51,085 nt of DNA from Candidatus Rehaiarchaeum fermentans (GTDB lineage Archaea > Nanobdellota > Nanobdellia > Parvarchaeales > Parvarchaeaceae), in contig JAPDLT010000004.1 of the NCBI GenBank assembly GCA_025920435.1, positions 1-51,085 of the forward strand, read 5' to 3'. The notes under the pieces were generated by a model. That model saw only the letters and a program-made list of their open reading frames with translations. It was not told where the DNA came from and did no database searches. The position numbers were made by a program, and so were the translations under genes. Below are positions 1-9,601 of this stretch, piece by piece. Each line of letters begins with the position of its first letter. Positions within the stretch are counted from its first letter, which is position 1.

Positions 1-2491
1 TTGGAGTTTCATTACCAGTTAGTGCTAGGGCTGCCATTGGATTAATAGCTGGACCTCCTACTATTATAACTGGAATTGAAGCTGAACTTGGATTGTATTC
101 ATTTGATAGTGCCATTATGTTAGCAGGCGATGTACCAGATGCATATAGATTTGTTGCATTGATTTTAGATGAAACTCCACTTATTGACTTTATTATTCCT
201 GTTGTAGTTATTGCACTGCCTACAGTGTAATTTTGCACTCCTACTAATACTTTGCTCCCACCAATTCCTAATGTGTAGTTTTCAGTAGGTATTTTGATTG
301 TAGCCATATCTTTTTGTACGGTTAAATTAGCTCCCCACATCGTTGTTTGGTTTTGAGGAGAAACAAAGTAAGTAGTGAAGTTATTTGCATGCTCTGCTAT
401 CTTTAGTCCTAATGTTTCTTTATCTGGTAATGTAATTGATAATACTGATCCATTGTAAGTAAGTTGGGAATTGTATCCGCTATTCAATGATGGTTCCATT
501 AATCCATTTGAAAATACACCGGCATATCCTGGTAATACTTGTCCTGTTGCACTTCCTGTTATCGATACACTTGGTCCTGTAATTGTTAATGATCTAACAT
601 AAAGAGCGTATGTTTTCACATTAGGGGTTTCACCACTTAAAGATGGTACGCTAGCGTTAATTTTGTACGCGCCAATAGTGAAATCATAACCAGCATATGA
701 TTGTGTCGTATTTAAGATGGTAGATGCGTTTATTATTTCTGGTGAGGACGTGGTAGAAGAATTGTAAAGTAATAATTCACTTACATTCCACACTCCTGCG
801 TATAAGTAGTCATTGATGGTGCCATTTGCCTCCTGATATGTCGCTGCTTCCTTATATCCACCCTTGTACTGAATACCAATGTAATTACCATTAGGAAGCC
901 TTACTAGCAATCTCTCAATGCTCCCAGCAGGATTCGTGGATGGAAATACTACCAAATTTGAACCTTTAGTAACATTTAGAGTTACTCCTGAATAGGGTAA
1001 GGAAGTAGTCCAGTTATAAACGGATTTGCCATAGAAATAATTCTGACCACCAGTTGGCAACTTCGAACTGGCATTAGTATTAGGAGCAAGTGGATAGATG
1101 TAACCTGACTGAGCATATGAATATTCTCCAGAAGAGATGTTGTATATTGACTGATTTGGTAGTATTAGCAATGAAGGTACAGATCCTACACCAGAAGATG
1201 TTAAAGTTCCTCTGAAACTTTGTCCTAGAGCTACTCCAGGTAAGCTGCCAGCGTAAGAAAATACAACTAGTTTAGTTAGGCTACTATCTAGTGCGGAAGG
1301 AACCGTCTGAGTAGTAGTAGTTTCATTTGCGTATACGGGTTCTATCGTTAATGTTGCTGGAGATCCTACATTCACATATATAGTTTTTACAGTTGCGTAA
1401 GGAGATGGAGTAAGCTTAAATAATGTTAAATTAGTTAGTCCGAATCCAGTTAAAATTCCTGAATTTGAAGTAAATGAATAAGGTAATACTACTGGATTTG
1501 CATATGTGAAAGTTAATGCATTCTTAGAAACTTCTACGTTATATGCTGGCTCTCCAAACATTGATCCGTTATAAAGTTGACTTACATTCATCACGAAGCT
1601 TGAATACGATAGGGAAATCGAGTTTAAGTATAATCCGGAAGAATTTTGAATAAGTGAAGAAGGTGAAATTGTTATCTTCCCTATCGTTTTACTTGTTCCT
1701 AATGTTACTTCAGTAACAGGCCCTCCATTTACTGATACTTGAAGTTCATAAGTAGCGCTATTGCTTGTATATTCGGTAACAAGCCCCTCCAAACTTACAG
1801 TATTGTTTCCAATAGTTACTGAAGTTGGTATCTTTAAGTTACTGTAAGTCTTGCTAACTCCAAATGTAAGGTTAGCAAGAGTTTTATTACTATATAAAGC
1901 GTAATCTATCACGGTATAAGGAGTCTTATCAACGTAGAACATTTCTCCAACAAATGGAGAATTAACTTGCGAACCGTTGTTAGGGTAGTATATGGCAGAT
2001 TTTACGGATATCCCACCAACCGGTATCTGAACATTAAGAGTAGTAGTATTAATTGCTGCACCGCTTATTGTTAAAGATTCTTGTGCTGTATAGTTAGCAT
2101 TATTAACGGTATAGTTAGCAGAATATATTGGAGTGGGTGCTACTGATAATGTGGAATTAGATCTATAGTAAGTAGATGTCGACGAAAGTGCACTGATTTT
2201 ATAGTTTGCTACTTGAACTACTCCTTGAGTTACAGATGAAGTAGATTGAGCTGCAGCTGCAGCAGTAAGTGCAGATGCTATCGATATTGCTCCTGCAACA
2301 TCAGTTGGTGCTGCATTTGCACCTATTACTATTACTGAATTTACCTTTCCATTCATTACGAATGGAGAAGGTAAACTACCAAAATTAACAGGATTTGCAG
2401 CAAATACAGATGCTGCGCCCATTATAGAGCCCAAAAACATGGCTCCAGTTGCCAAACCGGCTATTTTCCTCAAAATTTTTCCTTTATTCAT
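1..2491 (-). CDS. S-layer protein (Methanococcus-type S_layer_N/S_layer_C), 3'-partial at window edge
   Basis: Not in the ORF track. Manual translation from ATG 2491 gives MNKGKILRKIAGLATGAMFLGSIMGAASVFA (signal peptide) then LPSPFVMNGKVNSVIVIGANAAPTDVAGAISIA (S-layer N motif). Near the left edge it reads PVIIVGGPAINP (S-layer C motif). Ser/Thr/Asn/Tyr-rich. Confidence 0.88.
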   Translation of the reverse strand, partial: MNKGKILRKIAGLATGAMFLGSIMGAASVFAANPVNFGSLPSPFVMNGKVNSVIVIGANAAPTDVAGAISIASALTAAAAAQSTSSVTQGVVQVANYKISALSSTSTYYRSNSTLSVAPTPIYSANYTVNNANYTAQESLTISGAAINTTTLNVQIPVGGISVKSAIYYPNNGSQVNSPFVGEMFYVDKTPYTVIDYALYSNKTLANLTFGVSKTYSNLKIPTSVTIGNNTVSLEGLVTEYTSNSATYELQVSVNGGPVTEVTLGTSKTIGKITISPSSLIQNSSGLYLNSISLSYSSFVMNVSQLYNGSMFGEPAYNVEVSKNALTFTYANPVVLPYSFTSNSGILTGFGLTNLTLFKLTPSPYATVKTIYVNVGSPATLTIEPVYANETTTTQTVPSALDSSLTKLVVFSYAGSLPGVALGQSFRGTLTSSGVGSVPSLLILPNQSIYNISSGEYSYAQSGYIYPLAPNTNASSKLPTGGQNYFYGKSVYNWTTSLPYSGVTLNVTKGSNLVVFPSTNPAGSIERLLVRLPNGNYIGIQYKGGYKEAATYQEANGTINDYLYAGVWNVSELLLYNSSTTSSPEIINASTILNTTQSYAGYDFTIGAYKINASVPSLSGETPNVKTYALYVRSLTITGPSVSITGSATGQVLPGYAGVFSNGLMEPSLNSGYNSQLTYNGSVLSITLPDKETLGLKIAEHANNFTTYFVSPQNQTTMWGANLTVQKDMATIKIPTENYTLGIGGSKVLVGVQNYTVGSAITTTGIIKSISGVSSKINATNLYASGTSPANIMALSNEYNPSSASIPVIIVGGPAINPMAALALTGNETP

Positions 2492-2547
2492 ATTCTTATT
2501 TTTAAGCCACTAGTCTTCGAATTTCTATGATTTATTTAATTATTAAC

Positions 2548-2564
2548 TATTTAAAAAGCTTTCG
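2548..2564 (-). promoter_or_regulatory. BRE-TATA promoter of S-layer gene
   Basis: Minus strand reads CGAAAG-C-TTTTTAAATA about 57 nt upstream of the ATG. Confidence 0.6.
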
Positions 2565-2718
2565 TTTTCGTATTTTTAGAGAAAATTATTTAAAAGCAAG
2601 CATAAATTGTACTTAAGGATCTTTTGTTTTTCTTCTATTTAAAGATTTTTTAATTAAATCTTTGCTAAATGTAAAAATTTTGATGATAAAGATATAAAAA
2701 ATGATTTTTTAAGATTTT

Positions 2719-4455
2719 ATGGATTATTTTTTAATCGAAGTTTCTTACGAAATTGGTAATAAAGTAGGAGGAATTTGGACAGTAATAACATCTAAAGCTC
2801 CTTACATAGATAGCAACAATTATTTAGGAATAGGATATTTCAATCCGAATGAATCTCCTGTAGAATTTATAGAGGAAGAGCCTCCTCAAGAAATAAGTAA
2901 TGCAATCGCAGATATTGATGTTGATGGAATTAAATTTAGATATGGCACTTGGATAAATGCAAATAAAAAGGTAATTTTAATCGATTCACAAGCATTTAAA
3001 CAAAAATACGTGAATAAAATAAAAGGAGATTTTTGGAATTTATATAAGATAGATTCATTAGGCGCTGGAGACGATTATAATGATCCATTGGCATGGTCTT
3101 ATGCTGCCGGAATTCTTATTGAAAAATTAGCAAAACATATAAAGAAGAAAATTGTGGTACAAGTCCACGAATGGCTTTCTGGAGGAGCAATTCTATATTT
3201 AAAATCAATAAATTCTAAAATACCTACTGTATTTACAACACACGCTACAGTATTGGGAAGAGCTTATTCCTATGCTGGAAACGATATTTATAAAATACTG
3301 AATGAGGAAGTAAATGATTTAGAATTAGCTTATAAGTATGGGGTGCCTGCAAAGCATCTTACTGAAAAAGCTACTGCGTGGAATGCTTCCGTATTTACTT
3401 GTGTAAGTGATGCAGTAAGTAGGGAAGCTAAAGCACTACTTAAAAAATCTCCTGATATAGTTACAGTAAATGGAATAAATATAGATTATGCTCCCGATTT
3501 TGATGAAATAGAAAAAATGAGAGCAAAAGCGCGAGAAAAATTCAAAGAGTTTTTATCTGCTTATTTCTTACCTTACTATAAAATAAATCCAAATGCACCA
3601 TTGATTTTAACAAGCGGAAGATATGAATTCTTAGATAAAGGATACGATATTTTCATTGATGCATTAAGCGAGCTTGATAAAAAATTACCTTCTAATTTTG
3701 ATGTAATTGCATTTATAGCAGTGCCATCAGGAACCTATGGTCTGAAAAATGATTTTGTAGCAAATTATCTTTCTTATAAAAATTTGAGATCTTCAATAGA
3801 AGAAAAAGTAAAGGAAATAGGAGAAGAATTAGAAACAGAACTAAGTTATGGAATAGAAAGTTCGCAAGCAATATATAACAAAATTGTAAATGACATAAGA
3901 TTATTTAGCAAAAAGCTAAATAAAGAAAGAAATCCTCCTCTTTGCCCATTCTTACTTTCATATCCTGAAGAAAATGATAGAATATTATCATATGCAAAAT
4001 ATAGAGGATTATTAAATTCTGAAAATAATAGAGTTAAATTGATATTTTATCCTAAATATCTTACTTTCGAAGATGAATTGTTAGGACTATCTTATTATCA
4101 ATTACTTTCGTTAGCAAGAGTGGGAGTTTTCCTTTCAAGATATGAACCTTTTGGATATACTCCTTTAGAAGCAATGGAATATGGTACACCTGCAATAACT
4201 ACAAGCAATGCTGGAATTTCTTATTATCTCATTGAGAAAGGATTAAATGGATATGGAGTGTATATTCAAAATTTATATGATGATAGAGAAACTTTGTTAA
4301 ATAATATTTCAAATAATTTACTTAGAATAGTGACAATGGATGATGAACACTTCGAAGAATTAAGATTGCAAGCAAGGGCTTCGGCAGAGGCATTTAGCTG
4401 GAAAGACCTAATTAATAATTACTTTAAAGCTTACGAACTTGCACTTTCTAAGTAA
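2719..4455 (+). CDS. GT3-family glycogen synthase
   Basis: EVSYEIGNKVGGIWTVITSKA, HEWLSG, FTTHATVLGR, GRYEFLDKGYD and SRYEPFGYTPLEA motifs of GT3 glycogen synthases. Confidence 0.9.
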   Translation: MDYFLIEVSYEIGNKVGGIWTVITSKAPYIDSNNYLGIGYFNPNESPVEFIEEEPPQEISNAIADIDVDGIKFRYGTWINANKKVILIDSQAFKQKYVNKIKGDFWNLYKIDSLGAGDDYNDPLAWSYAAGILIEKLAKHIKKKIVVQVHEWLSGGAILYLKSINSKIPTVFTTHATVLGRAYSYAGNDIYKILNEEVNDLELAYKYGVPAKHLTEKATAWNASVFTCVSDAVSREAKALLKKSPDIVTVNGINIDYAPDFDEIEKMRAKAREKFKEFLSAYFLPYYKINPNAPLILTSGRYEFLDKGYDIFIDALSELDKKLPSNFDVIAFIAVPSGTYGLKNDFVANYLSYKNLRSSIEEKVKEIGEELETELSYGIESSQAIYNKIVNDIRLFSKKLNKERNPPLCPFLLSYPEENDRILSYAKYRGLLNSENNRVKLIFYPKYLTFEDELLGLSYYQLLSLARVGVFLSRYEPFGYTPLEAMEYGTPAITTSNAGISYYLIEKGLNGYGVYIQNLYDDRETLLNNISNNLLRIVTMDDEHFEELRLQARASAEAFSWKDLINNYFKAYELALSK

Positions 4456-5597
4456 TTAATTTTCAGCAAATTTAAGATATTCATATAATTAATATAAGCA
4501 GAATAAGGAGAATCGTAAGCATTGAAATACTTATGTATGTCACCTTCAGCAAACCACTTTGTGCAAATATAATAAAAGTTATCTGAAGTACCTAAATTTC
4601 TCCAAAGTTTTAACACCTCACCATCTTTTGCTTTTACATCTTTTTCTAAACTCTTTAGAAATTCAAAAGCTGCATTTTGCATTTTATTGCCTAACCATGC
4701 AGATAAGTCTCTATCTACATCTGCCCAAGAAATTATATTATCAGAAGTAAATATTCCTACAGGCTTCAATTCAGTAAGCTCACTTATTTTAAAGAATCCA
4801 ACTCCTCGAGCAATTAATTCTTTTGGTAGTCTTTCAAGGAAATCAAATATTCCAGTTTCCTTCCATTGGTGCTCTCCAAAAGTTTCATAGTCTAAAAATA
4901 ATCCTACGTATTGACCTTCTGATAAAGCTACCCAAGAGGCGTACTTTTCTGCAGTAAGAGGAAATTCATTCCACTGATGCCAAGAAAATCTAAAACCTAT
5001 ATCATCACTCAATTTATAATTTCTTAAAATAACTTTTATGTTCATATTTTTATTTGTATAAACATAGTTTGGAGATCTCCATTCTAAGACTTTATCCCAG
5101 CCTTCTGCAATTATTCCTTTGTATCCTAGTTTACCTACAAATGTAGCTATATCTTCAGAAAACATTGCTTCAGTATTTCTAAATACAATAGGTTTATAAT
5201 TGAAATATTTTCTCATTAATTCTTTGTGCATTTCTATTTGTTCCTTAAATTCTTCTTTAGAAATAAGATATGCTAAAGAATGATAATATGTTTCTTCAAG
5301 TAAGTCCATTTGGCCTGTATCCCATAGCTCCTGAAAAACATTTATTACTTCCGGATAAAATCTTTCTGCTTGTTCAAAGAATGTACCTGTAAAAGAAAAT
5401 GAAACCTTAAATTCAGGATACTTTTTAGCTAATTTTATTAATAATTTTGTAGCAGGAATATAACATTTATTTGCTACTCTTGTAAAAATTTCCTTATTTT
5501 TTTCTATATCAAATATTTCAGGATCACTATCAAAAATATACTTTCTCTTTAGTCTCCACGGTTGATGAACTTGAAAATAAAACGCCACCTTTGCCAT
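4431..5597 (-). CDS. GH57 alpha-amylase-type glycoside hydrolase
   Basis: FQVHQPWRL, ETYYHSL, FRNTE (nucleophile), LRNYKLSDDIGFRF, DYETFGEHQW, SWAD and TSDNFYY motifs. Confidence 0.92.
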   Translation of the reverse strand: MAKVAFYFQVHQPWRLKRKYIFDSDPEIFDIEKNKEIFTRVANKCYIPATKLLIKLAKKYPEFKVSFSFTGTFFEQAERFYPEVINVFQELWDTGQMDLLEETYYHSLAYLISKEEFKEQIEMHKELMRKYFNYKPIVFRNTEAMFSEDIATFVGKLGYKGIIAEGWDKVLEWRSPNYVYTNKNMNIKVILRNYKLSDDIGFRFSWHQWNEFPLTAEKYASWVALSEGQYVGLFLDYETFGEHQWKETGIFDFLERLPKELIARGVGFFKISELTELKPVGIFTSDNIISWADVDRDLSAWLGNKMQNAAFEFLKSLEKDVKAKDGEVLKLWRNLGTSDNFYYICTKWFAEGDIHKYFNAYDSPYSAYINYMNILNLLKINYLESASS

Positions 5598-5615
5598 TTT
5601 CGTATATTAAAAGAC

Positions 5616-5627
5616 TTTAAATTTAAA
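5616..5627. promoter_or_regulatory. Palindromic shared TATA element of divergent GH57 / wHTH-GDE genes
   Basis: TTTAAATTTAAA is a perfect palindrome centred in a 46-bp intergenic gap, about 22-24 nt from a TTTAAA half to each ATG. Confidence 0.55.
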
Positions 5628-5643
5628 AATTTTATTTGATTAA

Positions 5644-5910
5644 ATGGAAGAAGGAAAAATTTCTAAGTTCTTATTTAAGAGAAAGCCATTCCTAGTTTTA
5701 AAACACTTAAGTGTAGAAGATAACATATATGCAGCACAAATGGCTAAAAAAATAAATTGCAGCTATGCATACATTATAAGATTACTGAAAGAAATGGAAA
5801 AATTAGGGCTAATATATATAGAAAAAAACAGAAGCACACGTATAATAAAATTAACTAAAAAAGGAAGAAATATTTGTGAAAAAATAAGTGAAATTGAAAG
5901 ACTAGGATAA
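5644..5910 (+). CDS. MarR-like winged-helix DNA-binding protein
   Basis: YAAQMAKKINCSYAYIIRLLKEMEKLGLI HTH and RIIKLTKKG wing. Confidence 0.8.
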   Translation: MEEGKISKFLFKRKPFLVLKHLSVEDNIYAAQMAKKINCSYAYIIRLLKEMEKLGLIYIEKNRSTRIIKLTKKGRNICEKISEIERLG

Positions 5911-5919
5911 TAAGAACTT

Positions 5920-7563
5920 ATGGGAATAGTTCATACGTTAGCAAGAAACGGCACTTTCATTTTTAGATTTAATGATGGAGAATTTGGATCTAAATGGTGT
6001 GGAATATGGAAAGAAAAAACTAAGTATTTCGATTATTTTGCATTTAAATTTAATGATGAATGGTTAAGCTCTAAAAATTTAGGAAAATTCTATTACAATA
6101 ACTCGATGAATGCTGAATTTGAATATAATTTAAATGATATAAAAATAAAAGAAAGCGTATATGCTTTGACTAATGGTATATTAGTAAGAATAATTTCAAA
6201 TAAACCTGGATATCTATCCTTAGAATATGGAGTGAATATAAGAGATAGAAGTGAAAATTATCAAGAATCTAAAAGATATGAAACAAAAATAGGTGAAAGC
6301 ACGGTTTCTTCAACAATTAATAATCGAAGTGCAATTGTATTTTTCCCAAAGAATTCGGAAATCCAAAGAATAGAAAATTATGATGTGCATATTCCAGGAT
6401 TGTATGCAAAAGAAAAAGGCTTTAGTCACTATTTTGATGATCTTAGTGTTCAAAACAAATACGTTCCTGTAAACATAAAAACAAAAATAAACCCCGAAAA
6501 TGCAGTAGAATTTTATTTTGGATTTAATCCTTCATTGAAACCAGACATAAATGAATATAATAATTATCTTGAAGAATTAGCAAGATACAAAGAATTGGCT
6601 AAGCTGGAGGATGCTATTTCTATGTATGCAAACTACAATGAAGGAAAGATATATGCAGGATTTCCTTATTTCAATGAATTTTGGTTAAGAGATGCACTAG
6701 TTTCAATACCTGCATTTCTTTCACTAAATAAATTCGAATTTGTAAAGAAAGTACTTGGAAGAATAAGTGAAATGGAAAAAGACGGAAAACTACCCAATGT
6801 AGAAGGTGGAAATATATATCCTGCAGACGTACCTGCATTATATTTAATAATGATGCATTCATACTTTGAAGAAACAAATGATAGATCTTTTATACAAAGA
6901 TACTTTTCAAGAATTAAATCAATTGCAGAGTACTGGAGAAATGTTGCAATTAATAATAATTGGATAATAAATGACAAAGGTAGAGAAACGTGGATGGATT
7001 CAATAGATAGAGAAAATTCATTAGAAATACAAGCGCTTTGGAGTATTGCTTTCAAAAAGGCTTCTGAACTTTACTGGCAAGTAGGAGAAAGAAACTCTTT
7101 AGTATTGAAGGCAGGAATTGCAATGGAAGATTCTTTATATAGATATGAGAAAAATGAATACTTTACAGATCAGCTCGAAAAAGATATAAATTCTATAAAC
7201 CAAGTTATTCTTTTCTTTACTGATATATCAAAAGATAAAAAGGAAAAAATTGCAAGAAATTTGTTGATGAACTTTTCAACAAATTATGGTCTTACTTCTC
7301 TTTCTAAAAATGATGAATTATTTGATTTCAATGGATATCACACAGGGGCAATATGGCCATTAATGACTTTATTAGCTGGAATAGGAATGATTAAGAATAA
7401 TATATTTAATGAAGAGGGCAAAAAATTAATTAAAATGGTTCAATCTAAAATAGGTTTACAAGCAGAAAACTCTATAAATGAAATAATAAGACCAGATGGA
7501 AAACCAGAAGGTTGCCCCTCCCAGCTTTGGTCAATTGCTCCTTTACTTTTTAAATTAAAGTAA
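5920..7563 (+). CDS. Glycogen debranching enzyme (amylo-alpha-1,6-glucosidase, GDE_C type)
   Basis: AGFPYFNEFWLRDALVS, TWMDS, EIQALW, YHTGAIWP and GCPSQLWS motifs. Confidence 0.85.
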   Translation: MGIVHTLARNGTFIFRFNDGEFGSKWCGIWKEKTKYFDYFAFKFNDEWLSSKNLGKFYYNNSMNAEFEYNLNDIKIKESVYALTNGILVRIISNKPGYLSLEYGVNIRDRSENYQESKRYETKIGESTVSSTINNRSAIVFFPKNSEIQRIENYDVHIPGLYAKEKGFSHYFDDLSVQNKYVPVNIKTKINPENAVEFYFGFNPSLKPDINEYNNYLEELARYKELAKLEDAISMYANYNEGKIYAGFPYFNEFWLRDALVSIPAFLSLNKFEFVKKVLGRISEMEKDGKLPNVEGGNIYPADVPALYLIMMHSYFEETNDRSFIQRYFSRIKSIAEYWRNVAINNNWIINDKGRETWMDSIDRENSLEIQALWSIAFKKASELYWQVGERNSLVLKAGIAMEDSLYRYEKNEYFTDQLEKDINSINQVILFFTDISKDKKEKIARNLLMNFSTNYGLTSLSKNDELFDFNGYHTGAIWPLMTLLAGIGMIKNNIFNEEGKKLIKMVQSKIGLQAENSINEIIRPDGKPEGCPSQLWSIAPLLFKLK

Positions 7564-8077
7564 GCAAATATCTTGGGTAACCTATATAAGGTATTACAAT
7601 TCTTACAACCCCAATAACTCTCTTTTCAGAAATATTATATTCTATAGGATAGATTGGAGCTGGATTAGCGTCTCCCTTTGTAGTAAAATAATAACCGCTC
7701 TGATTTCTGTAAATAAATATTACTCTATGAATTATATCCCCTATAGGGGATTTGTATATTATGATATCCCCTACTTTTATATCTGATGGGTTTGTCTTAA
7801 AAGCTATAACCAAATCTCCAACGTTTAATCCATTAATAAATGGCCAACTCTCAATTTCCGATTTAGTAAAATTATGAGAATACAAGTAACCATAAAAATT
7901 TTGAGTAAAAGAAGTACTATTAGTATGTGTCATACTAGAAGAAACAACTACAGCAATATCAGAAATTGGAGTAAATGCGTAAACTACTTGCTCTCCTAAT
8001 AAGAATAAACCGACTATTAAAGCAATTAAAATTAAATCACCCTTAATTCCAGAAAATAAATTACTCAACAACTTCAT
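7550..8077 (-). CDS. sec11: Signal peptidase I, archaeal/Sec11 type (S26B)
   Basis: N-terminal TM, VVVSSSM catalytic Ser, VGDIIIY, IIHRV, TKGDAN, IPYIGYP. Confidence 0.9.
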   Translation of the reverse strand: MKLLSNLFSGIKGDLILIALIVGLFLLGEQVVYAFTPISDIAVVVSSSMTHTNSTSFTQNFYGYLYSHNFTKSEIESWPFINGLNVGDLVIAFKTNPSDIKVGDIIIYKSPIGDIIHRVIFIYRNQSGYYFTTKGDANPAPIYPIEYNISEKRVIGVVRIVIPYIGYPRYLLTLI

Positions 8078-8333
8078 CTAAAGCGTTTTTAGCTTCTTTT
8101 AATGTATTTAATGCATTGTTTATAAGTTTTTCTAGCGCTTCTGATGCATCTCCCTTTTCCGTTTTAACTATTAAAATTTGGGCATTTTTTAATGGATGAT
8201 CAAGTATTTGCCCTACAAATACACCTTCCACTTTCTTTGCTTCATTTATTAATAAAGGTATTATTGACTGCGTCCCGCCTTGAATTCTTACTTTCACAGT
8301 GTCCTTTGTCTTTTCAATTACCTCTATCTCCAT
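8061..8333 (-). CDS. rpoL: RNA polymerase subunit L (Rpo11)
   Basis: 90 aa, MEIEVIEK start and DHPL motif; divergent. Confidence 0.75.
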   Translation of the reverse strand: MEIEVIEKTKDTVKVRIQGGTQSIIPLLINEAKKVEGVFVGQILDHPLKNAQILIVKTEKGDASEALEKLINNALNTLKEAKNALDEVVE

Positions 8334-8434
8334 AAATAAGCACGCGTAAAATATTTATATATTTTTGCTTTAGACATTCCGATAATAAAAAGCAAGTTTT
8401 GAAGGAAAATTTATGTTATAAAATAAAATAATTT

Positions 8435-8989
8435 ATGAAATCCACCTTACAGAACTATAAAAATATATTTTCAATAATTAAAAACAAAAAATACCTGACT
8501 TTATTTATAATTACCTTAATTTTTACAGCTTTATCTTATTATTATATTTTATCAAGCTCCGCAGAAGGCATACTAGATTTTGGAAAATACTATATTTACT
8601 TTGATATTGTTTCTTCTATAATAATTTCGTTTTTAATCAGCTTATTAGTAACTTTAACTGTTTATTCTTATAAAATAAAAGTAAAGAACAACAATAAATT
8701 TGCTGTTGCTTCAATAATAACTACAATTCTACCGGGTAGCTTATGCTGTACAAGCGTAATACCTTCTATCCTTGCATTAATAGGATTTTCAACCTCATTT
8801 TTAGTTGGAAATACTGGTAAGATACAGTCAATATTTTCAGTATATGGTCCTTTATTTATAGTGGTTGGAGCAGTAATTGGTTGGATAGGATTAACACAAA
8901 TAACTAAAGACATTAGTGCAGGTTGCAATATCGTTAAAAATGCAGTTAATGACGAGTGCTGTGAATCAAATTATGAAAACAAAAATTAA
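8435..8989 (+). CDS. Four-TM membrane protein with two Cys-Cys pairs (MerT/MerF-like)
   Basis: Four hydrophobic segments; GSLCCTSVIPSILALIG in a TM; C-terminal GC...ECCES. Confidence 0.55.
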   Translation: MKSTLQNYKNIFSIIKNKKYLTLFIITLIFTALSYYYILSSSAEGILDFGKYYIYFDIVSSIIISFLISLLVTLTVYSYKIKVKNNNKFAVASIITTILPGSLCCTSVIPSILALIGFSTSFLVGNTGKIQSIFSVYGPLFIVVGAVIGWIGLTQITKDISAGCNIVKNAVNDECCESNYENKN

Positions 8990-9527
8990 GTTTATTTTAT
9001 ATGCAATTATTGCAATATTTGCAATTTTTATAATTGTAAAATTATTTCTAATAGAAAATGCTAAAAACGCAAAATATCTTTCTGTTGGAGAAATAGCCCC
9101 AAATTATGCATTTCAATTATCAAATGGAACAATAACTAGTATTTACAATTATAGAGGAAAAACAACTTTACTCTGGTTTGTTGTTACGTGGTGCAGTAGC
9201 TGTGCTGAAGGAAATAGCGTACTTGCAAACAACATTGCATTCTTTGAAAAGCACAACATAAAAATAATAGAGTTAGAGCAATACGATGATTTAGGACAAA
9301 ATGGCATGCCCATATCAAAATTTGTTTCTATATATGGAAATAATAACACCTATGTGCAAACAGGAATAGCAAGCTACAATATGACAATTGCTTATAATAC
9401 TCCTCCGAACTTTCAGTTAGATATATATTATCTTATAAATCCAAGCGGTAAAATTTTATACATTGGAGAAGGTTTAGCTGAAGGAATTAGCACATTAGAA
9501 AATATAATAACTAAAAACAAACTATAA
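8973..9527 (+). CDS. Membrane-anchored TlpA/ResA-like thioredoxin-fold protein
   Basis: Start moved to ATG 8973 (MKTKIKF). N-terminal TM, VGEIAPNY, WFVVTWCSSC, YYLINPSGKI. Confidence 0.8.
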   Translation: MKTKIKFILYAIIAIFAIFIIVKLFLIENAKNAKYLSVGEIAPNYAFQLSNGTITSIYNYRGKTTLLWFVVTWCSSCAEGNSVLANNIAFFEKHNIKIIELEQYDDLGQNGMPISKFVSIYGNNNTYVQTGIASYNMTIAYNTPPNFQLDIYYLINPSGKILYIGEGLAEGISTLENIITKNKL

Positions 9528-9601
9528 CTTAGTAAAATTTTAAATCCATTTGAAATTTAATCAATTCTAAAAAATGTTACTAAATTTTAAAGAAAAGAAA
9601 T

